This document shows positions 1-10,716 of a DNA stretch of 64,000 nucleotides, piece by piece. Each line of letters begins with the position of its first letter. Position 1 is the stretch's first letter. The notes beneath the pieces were generated by a model. The model was not told the origin of the DNA and ran no database searches. It was given only the letters and a program-made list of their open reading frames with translations. The position numbers and the translations under genes were made by a program. This DNA comes from Candidatus Saccharimonadales bacterium (GTDB lineage Bacteria; Patescibacteriota; Saccharimonadia; Saccharimonadales; JAXHNE01), in contig JBFIJL010000002.1 in the NCBI GenBank assembly GCA_041600755.1, positions 80,850 through 144,849 of the forward strand, written 5' to 3'.

Positions 1-651
1 ACAGGTCAACATCTACTGCATCGTGATGAATTTTCACTACCAGCTGTAATTCGAGCTTTTACATCCTCGATTGAATCACAGTCACTACTGCCAACCGAGC
101 TTCAGACCTACACCGTCAAAGGACAACAGGCGCTGACAACTTTATTCGAGGATTATGCATATGTACTGCCGCATAATGGCAAGCCTGAACAAAAAATTAG
201 CGATGTAGTACTGGACGGTGGTGTTCGACTCAGCGGAAAGCTCGACCGAATCGATCAAGATGCCTCAACTGTGCGCGTCATTGACTATAAGACAGGTAAG
301 GCATTGCCGAATTTTGAATCTAAGGCCGAGTCCTACGCAATTAAAATTTGGAAACACAAGCTACAGCTCATTTTTTATGGGTTACTAATTAGCCAGTCTT
401 CACAGTTCGCTAAGGCAGAAGAGATAATTGGCGAGATGGTCTACGTTGAAGCCGATTCTGCAAAAAAACTACAGTTAGAATACCGACCTACTGCAGAAGA
501 TATTTCCAAGCTAACTAGCGTAATTACTGTTTGTTGGGAGCTTATTCAGGCCCGCATATTCCCGGATACTTCTGAGTACTCTCAAGATATGGCGGGCATT
601 GATCATTTTATAAGCGACCTGCTTTCCGGAACATTTAAAAAGTCCTCGTAG
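1..651 (+). CDS. C-terminal part of a RecB/AddB-type helicase-nuclease (PD-(D/E)XK nuclease domain); 5' end lies outside the window
   Basis: Frame 1 is open from nt 1. The translation contains GKLDRID...VRVIDYKTGK, the RecB-family nuclease signature. A hairpin terminator follows. Confidence 0.6.
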   Translation, partial: TGQHLLHRDEFSLPAVIRAFTSSIESQSLLPTELQTYTVKGQQALTTLFEDYAYVLPHNGKPEQKISDVVLDGGVRLSGKLDRIDQDASTVRVIDYKTGKALPNFESKAESYAIKIWKHKLQLIFYGLLISQSSQFAKAEEIIGEMVYVEADSAKKLQLEYRPTAEDISKLTSVITVCWELIQARIFPDTSEYSQDMAGIDHFISDLLSGTFKKSS

Positions 652-674
652 ATTTCTCCAACGAGGACTTTTTT
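637..674. terminator. Bidirectional rho-independent terminator between convergent genes
   Basis: AAAA-GTCCTCGT-(11 nt loop)-ACGAGGAC-TTTTTT. An 8-bp perfect stem is flanked by an A-run and a T-run. Confidence 0.6.
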
Positions 675-691
675 CAAGCTTGAGTTTTGTC

Positions 692-1390
692 TTATTTTTG
701 CTTTTTGACGACTTTCTTTTTCTTGACAACAACTTTTGAGCTCTTAGCTGGAGCCAATCGAAGCACTTTTGCATCAACATATTCCATAAATGCCACAGCA
801 TTCATTCCCAGCAATCCACCAATAAATGGAGCAAGGAAGTAGGTCCAGCTTAATGACATACGTCCCAACGAAAGCGCAGGGTTAACTAGTCCATTGCCAG
901 CGAGTGAAGCTACGAGCATACCGACGAATAATGCTGCTCCACCGACAAAAGCTACTTGATTAGTTGTTGCATCTTTCTTTCGAAGTACGAGTGAAAGAAT
1001 GAGTGTAAAGATGAATGCGCCTACGATTTCTGCAACAAATGCACGAGTAACAAATCGTCCGCCTGATACGTTAGTAAGCAGCTGATCAAGTAGGTACTGT
1101 GTAAAGTGTCCCGCAACCAGAGCTCCAACAAATTGAGCAATAATATTTACGATCATGCGGCCAGTTGTAATCCGTCGCCACATCCAAAAACCCAAAGTAA
1201 CAATTGGGTTAGCTTGAACAATTGAATCTCGACGTCCCGACAAGATCAACATCGCAAACAGTACACCTGCCGTAAGCGCTCCAAAGAATGGAAAAGATGT
1301 TCGTCCATTGGTTGCAATAATAAGCAGCGTAAGCGAAAACGCTCCCGCAAATTCTAAGAACACTGACAATAATTTGCCACTTGATTTCAT
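692..1390 (-). CDS. MIP/aquaporin-family channel with a lysine-rich C-terminal tail
   Basis: Polytopic hydrophobic protein with two half-helix motifs, ANPIVTLG (NPI variant) and VNPALSLG (NPA). Tail is KVVVKKKKVVKKQK. Confidence 0.75.
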   Translation of the reverse strand: MKSSGKLLSVFLEFAGAFSLTLLIIATNGRTSFPFFGALTAGVLFAMLILSGRRDSIVQANPIVTLGFWMWRRITTGRMIVNIIAQFVGALVAGHFTQYLLDQLLTNVSGGRFVTRAFVAEIVGAFIFTLILSLVLRKKDATTNQVAFVGGAALFVGMLVASLAGNGLVNPALSLGRMSLSWTYFLAPFIGGLLGMNAVAFMEYVDAKVLRLAPAKSSKVVVKKKKVVKKQK

Positions 1391-1556
1391 AAACCCTCCT
1401 AAAGTTATGCCTTTAGCATAATAGTTTCTACAAATATGTCAAATAATTCAGAGTCGACAAGCAAGGCTATGTAATAAATGCAGTGAACTGTCCAACTGCG
1501 TCTTCTTACAGATGACTTAAATACATTTCAGTCATCAATTGCAAACTAGACATTAT

Positions 1557-1982
1557 CTAACGGCGGGTTCGACGCTTGAGATCGGCAACCTTAAGTCGAA
1601 CTGCTGCACGCTCAACCATAGCCTGTGCTTTATCAAGCGATACTTGGTCACGTGCCCTACGTTGAAGCTCAAGGGCTTCGGCATGCGCCTTTTTAATCTT
1701 ATCTTCATCAATTTCAGTCGATAGACTTGCTTCGTCAACAAGCACTCGTATGCTATTTTCTTTAACTTCAACCACACCACCGCCAGTTGCAATCAACTCT
1801 TGCTGCTCTTCGCTATCAGTTGCTTTTTTACGAATCTTAATAACGCCAGTCTCGGCTAGCGTCACAAGAGGCATATGATGTTCAAAAAAACCAGCATAGC
1901 CTTCAGTTGTCGGCATCTGTACTTCATGTACATTCTGTGCAAACTTTATTCCGTCTAGTGTTACTAGCTCAAAGTGAATCAT
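1557..1982 (-). CDS. atpC: F1 ATP synthase epsilon subunit
   Basis: 141 aa and last gene of the atp operon. Beta-sandwich N-terminus (LVTLDG...MPTTEGYAGFFEHHMPLVT) plus a helical C-terminus typical of epsilon. Confidence 0.85.
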   Translation of the reverse strand: MIHFELVTLDGIKFAQNVHEVQMPTTEGYAGFFEHHMPLVTLAETGVIKIRKKATDSEEQQELIATGGGVVEVKENSIRVLVDEASLSTEIDEDKIKKAHAEALELQRRARDQVSLDKAQAMVERAAVRLKVADLKRRTRR

Positions 1983-1985
1983 TGA

Positions 1986-2236
1986 TTATTGCTCTTTCCT
2001 TGAATTTTCAACAAAATTATCCAATATCGAAGCAACCACTCTGCCGAAACGATACGGCCTTGTGCCGCGATAATTTGGCGAATTATCATGAATTGTGTCC
2101 GGCTTCAAAAGTCGATGGTTCTCGGGCGTTTCAAATAATTCAACATTGCCATGACGCTCACCCTCGTCTTCAGCAACAAGTGATAACAAAGCGTCAAATT
2201 GACTGTCAGCTGTAAGTCCTTCAACTTGCCGTGACA

Positions 2237-2237
<1 letters not shown>
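1986..2237 (-). CDS. Hypothetical 83-aa protein embedded between atpD and atpC
   Basis: The ORF exactly fills the atpD-atpC gap. Its ATG overlaps the atpD stop (TAATG) and it ends 3 nt before the atpC ATG. I see no recognisable motif. Confidence 0.5.
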
Positions 2238-3634
<1,397 letters not shown>

Positions 3635-3677
3635 TCATTTGCTGTGATTGTCTTCGTTTTCATCTCTGCTGTGTATT

Positions 3678-3932
3678 TCATTCGAGTTCCTGTTGCCTAA
3701 ATACCGCATCTGCCCACGAGTCTAGCTCATAGATATATCCCTGTTTCGCCTCTTCTCTGGACTTCATATCAGCATCAACTTCTTTCCAGTGGACTGCGTA
3801 CGTAACTGCCAAATTAGCAACCGTATCTATTACGAGTGCATCTTGTTGTGCTGTTTGCGGGTCGATGATTGCATCAAGCTCATTGAACACTGCACGAACG
3901 TCGTGAGCCATATCGGGATTCATTATTCTCAT
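3678..3932 (-). CDS. Hypothetical 84-aa acidic protein embedded between atpG and atpD
   Basis: Same strand as the operon, with a GGAG Shine-Dalgarno upstream. No competing ORF and no recognisable motif. Confidence 0.5.
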   Translation of the reverse strand: MRIMNPDMAHDVRAVFNELDAIIDPQTAQQDALVIDTVANLAVTYAVHWKEVDADMKSREEAKQGYIYELDSWADAVFRQQELE

Positions 3933-3957
3933 CCATTAATCTCCGCTAAATCATTGC

Positions 3958-4182
3958 TCATATTGAACTCTCCTCAATCTCTATGCCTTGCTCGGCGCAG
4001 TGGGCAGCGAACGCTGCACCTTTCCGAAACTCAACAATCAAGTCAAACCACATTAAGGTAGGTAGAGGCCGATTATGATTTTCAATAAATCTAGCTTTCT
4101 CACCGGAGACCCATTCAATAGATGCATCTTCAAATGCATAGCATTCATCTGTTAGCAGTTCTCCTACAAAAATTCCGCTCAT
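3958..4182 (-). CDS. Hypothetical 74-aa protein embedded in the atp operon
   Basis: Its start overlaps the upstream stop (ATGA) inside the repeated junction sequence. No recognisable motif. Confidence 0.45.
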   Translation of the reverse strand: MSGIFVGELLTDECYAFEDASIEWVSGEKARFIENHNRPLPTLMWFDLIVEFRKGAAFAAHCAEQGIEIEESSI

Positions 4183-4196
4183 TTCATAGCCTCCGC
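4176..4196. repeat. atpG-3'-end junction repeat, copy A (21 nt)
   Basis: cgctcatttcatagcctccgc is identical to the core of the copy at 5066-5091. On the coding strand this reads GCGGAGGCTATGAAATGAGCG, i.e. SD, ...AEAMK stop and the next ATG. Confidence 0.9.
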
Positions 4197-4604
4197 CCCA
4201 TCTGTTAATCCTACATAGATGTGAATGTTTTTAGCATTTGAAAGTATAGTTCCAAATAATCCAATTGCATGATCAATTGAAATTGGAGTTTCGTCAGGGA
4301 ACGAATTTTCTGCAATTTCAGAAACTGCGTCACTGAATAATACTAAAGAGCGCTCTTGAAAATCAGTTCCATGAGCCTCATCTAAGATCATAGAAGCTCC
4401 ACTAAAAGCACGTAAAATTAAGCTTTCTGCATCCACATTCATATAGTAGACACCAAGACGCTCACCCTCTTCATCGCATGCTTCAGACAAATAATCAGTA
4501 GCCACCCTATCGATCCCCATCAACAAATCATCAGAAATACGTGCACGCGGCAATAGCATTTCATATTTGTCACGGATGCTCATATCGACCAAGCGCTCGC
4601 TCAT
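4179..4604 (-). CDS. Hypothetical 141-aa acidic protein embedded in the atp operon; C-terminus GAEAMK copies the atpG C-terminus
   Basis: ATGA overlaps at both ends. Begins MSER and ends ...TDGAEAMK. No recognisable motif. Confidence 0.55.
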   Translation of the reverse strand: MSERLVDMSIRDKYEMLLPRARISDDLLMGIDRVATDYLSEACDEEGERLGVYYMNVDAESLILRAFSGASMILDEAHGTDFQERSLVLFSDAVSEIAENSFPDETPISIDHAIGLFGTILSNAKNIHIYVGLTDGAEAMK

Positions 4605-4617
4605 TTCATAGCCTCCG
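4593..4617. repeat. atpG-3'-end junction repeat, copy B (25 nt)
   Basis: gcgctcgctcatttcatagcctccg matches 5066-5090 at 25 of 25 positions. Confidence 0.95.
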
Positions 4618-5077
4618 ATATTTCGTCAGACTGTTCATAGGTAAATACGTCAAGTGGGTGATCGACAATCTGAAGCTTTTCAAGTCCAAGTAATACAATA
4701 TGTCCAAGGGACTTTTCCGATCCATAATAGTATACAGTTTGAATTTTGTCTCTGTTTATTCCTTCGCCAATCAAACTAAGTGTAGGCATTTTCGCTTTTA
4801 GTGGGGTTAAATTACCAACGACTAGCAAGTTTTCTGCTGTTTCATATATAGATTCTGCAATATTTGCATCGTGCGATTGTCTAATTCTGCGCAAAGATTC
4901 TTTGTTGGCGTGCGGCAGGGCAGCTATCAATAATTCCATATCAAGTGCTGGCCACCACTTTGAATAAACACCAGCTTCATCTGTTAACATTTTATTTACT
5001 TTTGAAGCCGTGGCAGCATGTTTCAGCTCTCCACCAATAAACATGTTTTCAGGTCCAGAAACTATGCGCTCGCTCAT
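4601..5077 (-). CDS. Hypothetical 158-aa protein embedded in the atp operon; C-terminus SEAMK
   Basis: ATGA overlap with the atpG stop. Begins MSER and ends ...EISEAMK. No recognisable motif. Confidence 0.55.
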   Translation of the reverse strand: MSERIVSGPENMFIGGELKHAATASKVNKMLTDEAGVYSKWWPALDMELLIAALPHANKESLRRIRQSHDANIAESIYETAENLLVVGNLTPLKAKMPTLSLIGEGINRDKIQTVYYYGSEKSLGHIVLLGLEKLQIVDHPLDVFTYEQSDEISEAMK

Positions 5078-5091
5078 TTCATAGCCTCCGC
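5066..5091. repeat. atpG-3'-end junction repeat, copy C (native atpG end)
   Basis: gcgctcgctcatttcatagcctccgc spans the atpG stop and the start of the next ORF. Confidence 0.95.
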
Positions 5092-5937
5092 TCCACCAGT
5101 GATTTCTGCTAGTTCTTGGGTGATTGCAGCTTGACGCGCAGTGTTAAATGCTAATGTCAGGTCATCTACAAGATCGTTAGCGTTATCTGTAGCATTTTTC
5201 ATGGCAACCATGCGCATCGACTGCTCACTGGCACCAGCTTCAGCAAATGCCTGATTGAGCTCTACCTCAATGAATCGTTCGGTAACAGCATCTAGCACCT
5301 TCTCTGGCGATGGCTCAAACAAAGCCTGCTCGTCCTTGGCAACTTTTTTGGCCTGAAACACAGCAGGCAAGAGGTGCATGGTTTCGACAACTTGCACAAT
5401 GCTGGACTTAAAGTCAGTGTAGGTGACGTCAACTGAATCTACTCGCTCTTCTTTAAATGCAGCCACTACTTCTTTTAGAATTGGCCGAATTTCGGCCGCC
5501 GTTGGCATTTCTGAGAACCCATCATAGGCTGCAATAACCTCTACATCCTCGAGTTTACTAAGTAGTCTTTGTCCCTGTTTGCCTATGACAATTACTCGAC
5601 TCACAACATTCATGTCACGATCTTTGATGAGCTCAGCCGTGAAGTGTCGGAATAAATTGCTATACAGCGCACCTGCAAGACCACGATCGCCAGTAATAAA
5701 TACGTGTAGTCGAGTCGAAACTGCTCGCTGTTTGTACAGCGGATGATCTGTCACGTCAGTGAGCGTACTAAGTCTGTTCAATAAATCTACGGCCATCCGC
5801 TTGAATGCACGAGAACGGGCGGCGTGATCTTGCGCGCGGCGCATTTTACTCGCAGACACAAGTTCCATAGCCTTTGTGATTTGCTTGGTGTTCTTGACGC
5901 TGGTAATGCGGCGCTTCAGCGCAGTTGTATTTGCCAT
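5074..5937 (-). CDS. atpG: F1 ATP synthase gamma subunit
   Basis: N-terminus LKRRITSVKNTKQITKAMELVSASKMRRAQ and C-terminus ARQAAITQELAEITGGAEA are canonical gamma helices. Confidence 0.93.
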   Translation of the reverse strand: MANTTALKRRITSVKNTKQITKAMELVSASKMRRAQDHAARSRAFKRMAVDLLNRLSTLTDVTDHPLYKQRAVSTRLHVFITGDRGLAGALYSNLFRHFTAELIKDRDMNVVSRVIVIGKQGQRLLSKLEDVEVIAAYDGFSEMPTAAEIRPILKEVVAAFKEERVDSVDVTYTDFKSSIVQVVETMHLLPAVFQAKKVAKDEQALFEPSPEKVLDAVTERFIEVELNQAFAEAGASEQSMRMVAMKNATDNANDLVDDLTLAFNTARQAAITQELAEITGGAEAMK

Positions 5938-6413
5938 TAGATATCTCCAAACCTATGCATTCTTGATTCACCGTGCAGAACATGTTCAGATTGCAACACT
6001 GCGATAGTTGGGTCAAATACTGGTCTTGGCTCTAGTGAAACCATGGTGTCCCTATGCAATCTTCCTGTTTCGTAAGCGCCAATTACAAGGGCACGACTTT
6101 TGACATCTCCAAAAACTTCTGTGTCGTTTCTAGTATATGAACCGTTTGTTTCCTGAATGGCTTCGGATAACTCCACTGCAACTTCATCTGTTTCAAACTC
6201 CAGGACCGACCGACCAATGCGGTACGCTCGGCGGGCACTCACAAGTACACGTGCAACTTCTTGCAGACGAGCATGAGGCGTCTGGAGCTTGCCATCATTT
6301 AAAACTCGCGCAACTTTATCAACTACATACTGCTCAGAATCATAGTCTACTGGTAGTTCAACTGGTGCTGCATTATACCTCGTATTTGTCATGGTCTTAT
6401 CTTGGATCCTCAA
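5937..6413 (-). CDS. Hypothetical 158-aa protein embedded between atpA and atpG
   Basis: Its stop overlaps the atpG ATG (TAATG). Its start overlaps the upstream ORF by 17 nt. No recognisable motif. Confidence 0.55.
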   Translation of the reverse strand: MRIQDKTMTNTRYNAAPVELPVDYDSEQYVVDKVARVLNDGKLQTPHARLQEVARVLVSARRAYRIGRSVLEFETDEVAVELSEAIQETNGSYTRNDTEVFGDVKSRALVIGAYETGRLHRDTMVSLEPRPVFDPTIAVLQSEHVLHGESRMHRFGDI

Positions 6414-6732
6414 TCATCGCCCATGCTAAAAGAAAAGTGGTTGGTAGTTTCCAGCCACGCTCTTCTTCGCGAAGTGCGACTGACATTTCACGTGTTAAAT
6501 CATTACTAAGTGGTGGCTTAATAAGCCCCGCCTCATTATCCGCTTTGTAGCCATTAAGTAATTCGTCTGATTGCTCAACTAAAGTACGCTGATCGCTCAT
6601 AATTGCGTACTGAACCATCACTCGCGTTGAAAAATACTGCGGAACAAGCCTCTTGAGGTTTTCTACATAATCAATAGAACTGGCTCGACCAATAGAAGGT
6701 ATTACGCTTTGTGGCGACAATGCTTCAGTCAT
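6397..6732 (-). CDS. Hypothetical 111-aa protein embedded between atpA and atpG
   Basis: Starts 3 nt after the atpA stop, on the same strand, with no competing ORF. Confidence 0.5.
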   Translation of the reverse strand: MTEALSPQSVIPSIGRASSIDYVENLKRLVPQYFSTRVMVQYAIMSDQRTLVEQSDELLNGYKADNEAGLIKPPLSNDLTREMSVALREEERGWKLPTTFLLAWAMIEDPR

Positions 6733-6735
6733 GGT

Positions 6736-8271
6736 TTAATCCTTCACCTCGTGGGTTTTAGCTATCTTTTGGGCTGTTTTTACAATCAGCTTCTGGGTTT
6801 TTTCATCCGGCTTGTCGCCCTTGTTTAGGGTTGCCATTTCTTTTTTGAACTCACTGTTTAGTGCTGTCAGTAGGCTTTCTTGCACTTCTTTCACCTTGTC
6901 AACAGAAATCTTGTCAAATGCACCTTCATTAGCTGCGTGTAGCAGGGCATATTGTTGCCAGACACCCAGTGGACTGTATTGTGACTGTTTGAGTAGCTCT
7001 GTCAAACGCTGTCCGCGTTCAATGCGCTGTCGAGTCTCTGCATCCATGTCAGAGCCAAACTGAGCAAAAGCTGCAAGCTCACGGAACTGAGCAAGGCTAA
7101 GTCGTAGGTTTCCTGCAACAGATCTAATAGCTTTAGTCTGCGCGCTACCACCCACACGAGAAACAGAAAGTCCAACGGAAATAGCCGGACGAATACCTTG
7201 GTAGAACAAGCTGGTTTCCATGAATATTTGACCGTCTGTAATGGATATCACGTTGGTTGGAATATATGCAGAAATATCGCCAGCCTGAGTTTCAATAATT
7301 GGCAGAGCTGTAAGACTTCCAGCGCCGAGTTCATCGCTCATTTTTGCAGAACGCTCCAGCAGACGTGAATGCAAGTAAAATACATCACCAGGGTAGGCTT
7401 CGCGACCCGGTGGACGTCGCAATAGCAAACTCATTTGGCGATACGCTGCAGCGTGCTTCGTAAGATCATCATAAATCATCAACGCATGTTGGCCGTTATC
7501 ACGGAAGTATTCGCCCATGGCGGTCGCAGCGTAAGGTGCCAGATACTGCAAGCTAGCAGTATCTGCGGCGCTTGTAGCCACAATAATGGTTTGGTCCATT
7601 ACGCCCTCTTTTTTAAGTCGCTCTACAAGTCGAGCAACCTTAGAAAGCTTCTGGCCAATGGCAACATAAATGTTAACAACACCAGTTTTTTGGCGGTACT
7701 GGTTGATCATTGTGTCGATAGCAATCGCAGTTTTACCAGTTTGGCGGTCACCAATGATCAGCTCACGCTGTCCGCGCCCAATCGGAACCATAGCATCGAT
7801 CGCAACGAGACCGGTCATCATTGGTTCATGCACACTTTTTCGGGCTAGCACGCCAGGCGCCGCATTTTCGACTGGAGCTGTCCGAGCGGCCTTGATTGGA
7901 CCCCTGTCGTCAAGCGGGCGACCAAGTGGATCGACAACGCGACCAATAAGCTCTGGGCCAACCGGCACTTCGACAACCCGCCCAGTCATGGTTACTTTAG
8001 CGCCTGCGGCAACATATCGCTCATCACCAAGCACTACGGCACCAATTTCGTCTTCGCCGAGGTTTAGGGCAAAGGCCGGAACCGAACCGTTACTAGTTTC
8101 TATATCAATAATTTCGTTATATCCAACGTCTCGAAGTCCGTAAATCCATGCGATTCCATCGCCCATTCGGGTCACTACTCCAACTTTTTCACTACCAGGA
8201 CGTGATTTGAGGTCTTCGATCGCTAACCGAATATCTTTACTGAGTTCTTTTACTGAAATATCTTGTGCCAT
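6736..8271 (-). CDS. atpA: F1 ATP synthase alpha subunit
   Basis: Walker A GDRQTGKT, then [11 protein letters not shown] and [20 protein letters not shown]. Confidence 0.97.
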   Translation of the reverse strand: MAQDISVKELSKDIRLAIEDLKSRPGSEKVGVVTRMGDGIAWIYGLRDVGYNEIIDIETSNGSVPAFALNLGEDEIGAVVLGDERYVAAGAKVTMTGRVVEVPVGPELIGRVVDPLGRPLDDRGPIKAARTAPVENAAPGVLARKSVHEPMMTGLVAIDAMVPIGRGQRELIIGDRQTGKTAIAIDTMINQYRQKTGVVNIYVAIGQKLSKVARLVERLKKEGVMDQTIIVATSAADTASLQYLAPYAATAMGEYFRDNGQHALMIYDDLTKHAAAYRQMSLLLRRPPGREAYPGDVFYLHSRLLERSAKMSDELGAGSLTALPIIETQAGDISAYIPTNVISITDGQIFMETSLFYQGIRPAISVGLSVSRVGGSAQTKAIRSVAGNLRLSLAQFRELAAFAQFGSDMDAETRQRIERGQRLTELLKQSQYSPLGVWQQYALLHAANEGAFDKISVDKVKEVQESLLTALNSEFKKEMATLNKGDKPDEKTQKLIVKTAQKIAKTHEVKD

Positions 8272-8289
8272 CTGTATCCTTTATATCCC

Positions 8290-8670
8290 TTAGAAATTAT
8301 GTGACTTTAATCTGTTTAGTTGGCCGCGTACACTCAGGTCAAGCAGTGTGCCTGCAGCCTGAATCTTCGCGCCACCAACTAATGTTTCATCGATTGACGC
8401 ATTTATTGTAATCGTTTTCGCGTCAAACATCGCCTTGACCTGAGCAGCAAGCTCAGCGGTGAGTGGACGAGCCGACGTAACGTCAACCTCCAGCACACCG
8501 TGATCATCGTGACGGATCCGCTCAACTTCACGCATGATTTTATCTAAATCGCCAGCTCGACGCTCTTCCATCAGATATGCCGCCAAGCTACTAACAACTT
8601 CAGACTGCTTTGATGTTTCAAGCGCAGTCGCAACAGAACTTGCGATGTCTTTGTAGCTTACGGCTGCCAT
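8290..8670 (-). CDS. atpH: F1 ATP synthase delta (OSCP) subunit, short form
   Basis: Sits between atpF and atpA. The C-terminus DETLVGGAKIQAAGTLLDLSVRGQLNRL matches the OSCP signature. It is only 126 aa. Confidence 0.75.
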   Translation of the reverse strand: MAAVSYKDIASSVATALETSKQSEVVSSLAAYLMEERRAGDLDKIMREVERIRHDDHGVLEVDVTSARPLTAELAAQVKAMFDAKTITINASIDETLVGGAKIQAAGTLLDLSVRGQLNRLKSHNF

Positions 8671-9314
8671 TACTTTTGTCCTGCCAATGCTTTTTTAATA
8701 AGAGCTGCATCTTTTTTGGCATCAAGTTTTTCACCAATAATGACTTCTGTGGCTTCGGCTACAAGTGCTGCAACTTCACCTTCAAGGTCTTTTTTGGCTT
8801 TAGCGACGTCATCAGCAATACGGCTGTGTGCATCGGTAATCATTGTGTCGACCTTTTTGCCTGCACGAATTTCTGCTGCTTTTACGATTGCACCAGCTTC
8901 TTTGGTTGCATCAGCAAGAATGACATTCGCCTCGGTTCGAGCCTCTGCAATCAAGGCCGCTTGCTTTTCTTGAGCCAATGCTACATCTTTAGAAATTTGC
9001 TCAGCATCTGCTAACGACTTCTCGATTGTGTTGTGTCGTTCGTCTAGGACTGAAACAACTTTTTTGAGCGCAAACTTACGGAACAATATGTAGAAAATAA
9101 TAATTGCACCAAGCTGGAAGGCAAAGGCAATTGGGTCGAGTCCAAAAGAACTCAAACCACCAGCTTCTTCGCCATGACTAGCATCTGCTGTATGTTCAGC
9201 TGTCTCTGAATGTGAACTATCGTCTGCATGCACGTCCTCGGAAGCAACGGCCACGTGCTCGGCTGCCGGCTCGCCAGTGCTTGCTAGAAATAGGTATGGT
9301 GTTGGTATGTTCAT
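8670..9314 (-). CDS. atpF: Fo ATP synthase b subunit with a His/acidic N-terminal extension
   Basis: One TM segment followed by a long Ala/Lys/Glu-rich helix, in the expected operon position. The N-terminal ~50 aa are rich in H, D and E. Confidence 0.8.
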   Translation of the reverse strand: MNIPTPYLFLASTGEPAAEHVAVASEDVHADDSSHSETAEHTADASHGEEAGGLSSFGLDPIAFAFQLGAIIIFYILFRKFALKKVVSVLDERHNTIEKSLADAEQISKDVALAQEKQAALIAEARTEANVILADATKEAGAIVKAAEIRAGKKVDTMITDAHSRIADDVAKAKKDLEGEVAALVAEATEVIIGEKLDAKKDAALIKKALAGQK

Positions 9315-9411
9315 TGTTCCTTCTTCATCGTCTTATAATACTCGTTGTTTTTGTAAGATGCGCCAGTTTCCGTGAAGTGCTAGCGCATCTTACATTAAAT
9401 ATCTCGTAAAA

Positions 9412-9657
9412 TTACGAAATGATAACACCAGCGATCAACGCGAATAGCGCTGTTGCTTCTACGAATGCTGCGAGGATAACCACGCTGCTTGCAGCTTTTC
9501 CAGCTTCTGGGTTTCGACCCAAAGCCTTCATATAGTTGCTGCCTACCATTCCGAGCGACAGTGCTGCACATGCAATCACGATAGCCACACCGAACATTTT
9601 GAACCCTGCGTCAGTAAGTTCTACTGCTGCGAGAGTTGTAAGTAGTGCTGAATTCAT
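9412..9657 (-). CDS. atpE: Fo ATP synthase c subunit
   Basis: 81-aa two-helix hairpin with loop GRNPEA and a carboxylate in AFVEATALFAL. Confidence 0.9.
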   Translation of the reverse strand: MNSALLTTLAAVELTDAGFKMFGVAIVIACAALSLGMVGSNYMKALGRNPEAGKAASSVVILAAFVEATALFALIAGVIIS

Positions 9658-9699
9658 ACTTTCTCCTTCCCTAAATACGGTTACTTAATAAAATCAGCC

Positions 9700-10548
9700 T
9701 CACTCAAACGTGCCCCCGTCAAGGACAGGATCAGCGGATGGGTGAGCGTTAGAATCGGTTGGTACATGAATTTCGTCGTGGTCATCATGGTGTACCGCCA
9801 TGGCCAAGTATGTCGCAGACAACACCGTAAAGATGTATGCCTGGACGTATGCAACAAGCATTTCAAACAGGATAATCGGAATGAGAGTGAGCGGGGTGGC
9901 CGGACCACTAATAGAGATAAACACTGCAATCAATATTTCGCCAATTGCGGTGTTCAGGAACAATCGAAGGCTAAGGCTGATTATGCGCGTAAGCTCACCT
10001 AGAACCTCTAAAAATCCAACAAAGATATTAATTGGGTTGGTCGGCTTGTCGCTAAAGTAGTGCTGCAAGTGACCCTTGATACCAGACTCTTTAATAGACA
10101 AAATCTGCACCAGAGTAATAGAAAACACACTCAGCGCCAACACGCTATTGAGGTCGGCTGTAAATGGACGAAAAGCCGGTGTACCACCACTGGTAATGCC
10201 TTCACCAACAAATGGCAAAAGTCCAGACAAGTTACTGAATATGATCATAAAAAAGTAAACGGCAAATACCGGCGCAAACTTTACAGCCTGCTTGCGGCTT
10301 CCGAACACTGTTTCAAGCATACTGATGATATAGCCAACGATTAGTTCAAATATCGCAACAACTCCACGTCGCGGTGAAATAGAGGTTTTTCGACCAACAT
10401 ACAGCCCAACAATTAGCAATAGAACCATCAGAATGGCACCGTAAGCCATTGAGTTGGTTGTCTGGAGTCCACCAAGTTTATAAAACGGTTCGGCTTTCAG
10501 GCTAATGTGAATTTCTGACTCTGAGGCAAAAAACAGAGGGATGTTCAT
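9700..10548 (-). CDS. atpB: Fo ATP synthase a subunit with a His-rich C-terminal extension
   Basis: Polytopic. Contains LSLRLFLN (essential Arg helix) and is first in the operon. Tail is HHDDHDEIHVPTDSNAHPS. Confidence 0.9.
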   Translation of the reverse strand: MNIPLFFASESEIHISLKAEPFYKLGGLQTTNSMAYGAILMVLLLIVGLYVGRKTSISPRRGVVAIFELIVGYIISMLETVFGSRKQAVKFAPVFAVYFFMIIFSNLSGLLPFVGEGITSGGTPAFRPFTADLNSVLALSVFSITLVQILSIKESGIKGHLQHYFSDKPTNPINIFVGFLEVLGELTRIISLSLRLFLNTAIGEILIAVFISISGPATPLTLIPIILFEMLVAYVQAYIFTVLSATYLAMAVHHDDHDEIHVPTDSNAHPSADPVLDGGTFE

Positions 10549-10716
10549 AATTTACCCCTGCTTTGGCACAGTGGTAACCGAGTCGTCGTCAGTGTGGCGG
10601 CGGCTTTACCCATATATTCCCAGATTGTAACAGGGAAGACTGAACTGTTCAATATTTTTATTTCGCAACTAACTGCGTCTGCAATAAGTTCATCGCAGAA
10701 CTGCTATACTTAATCC

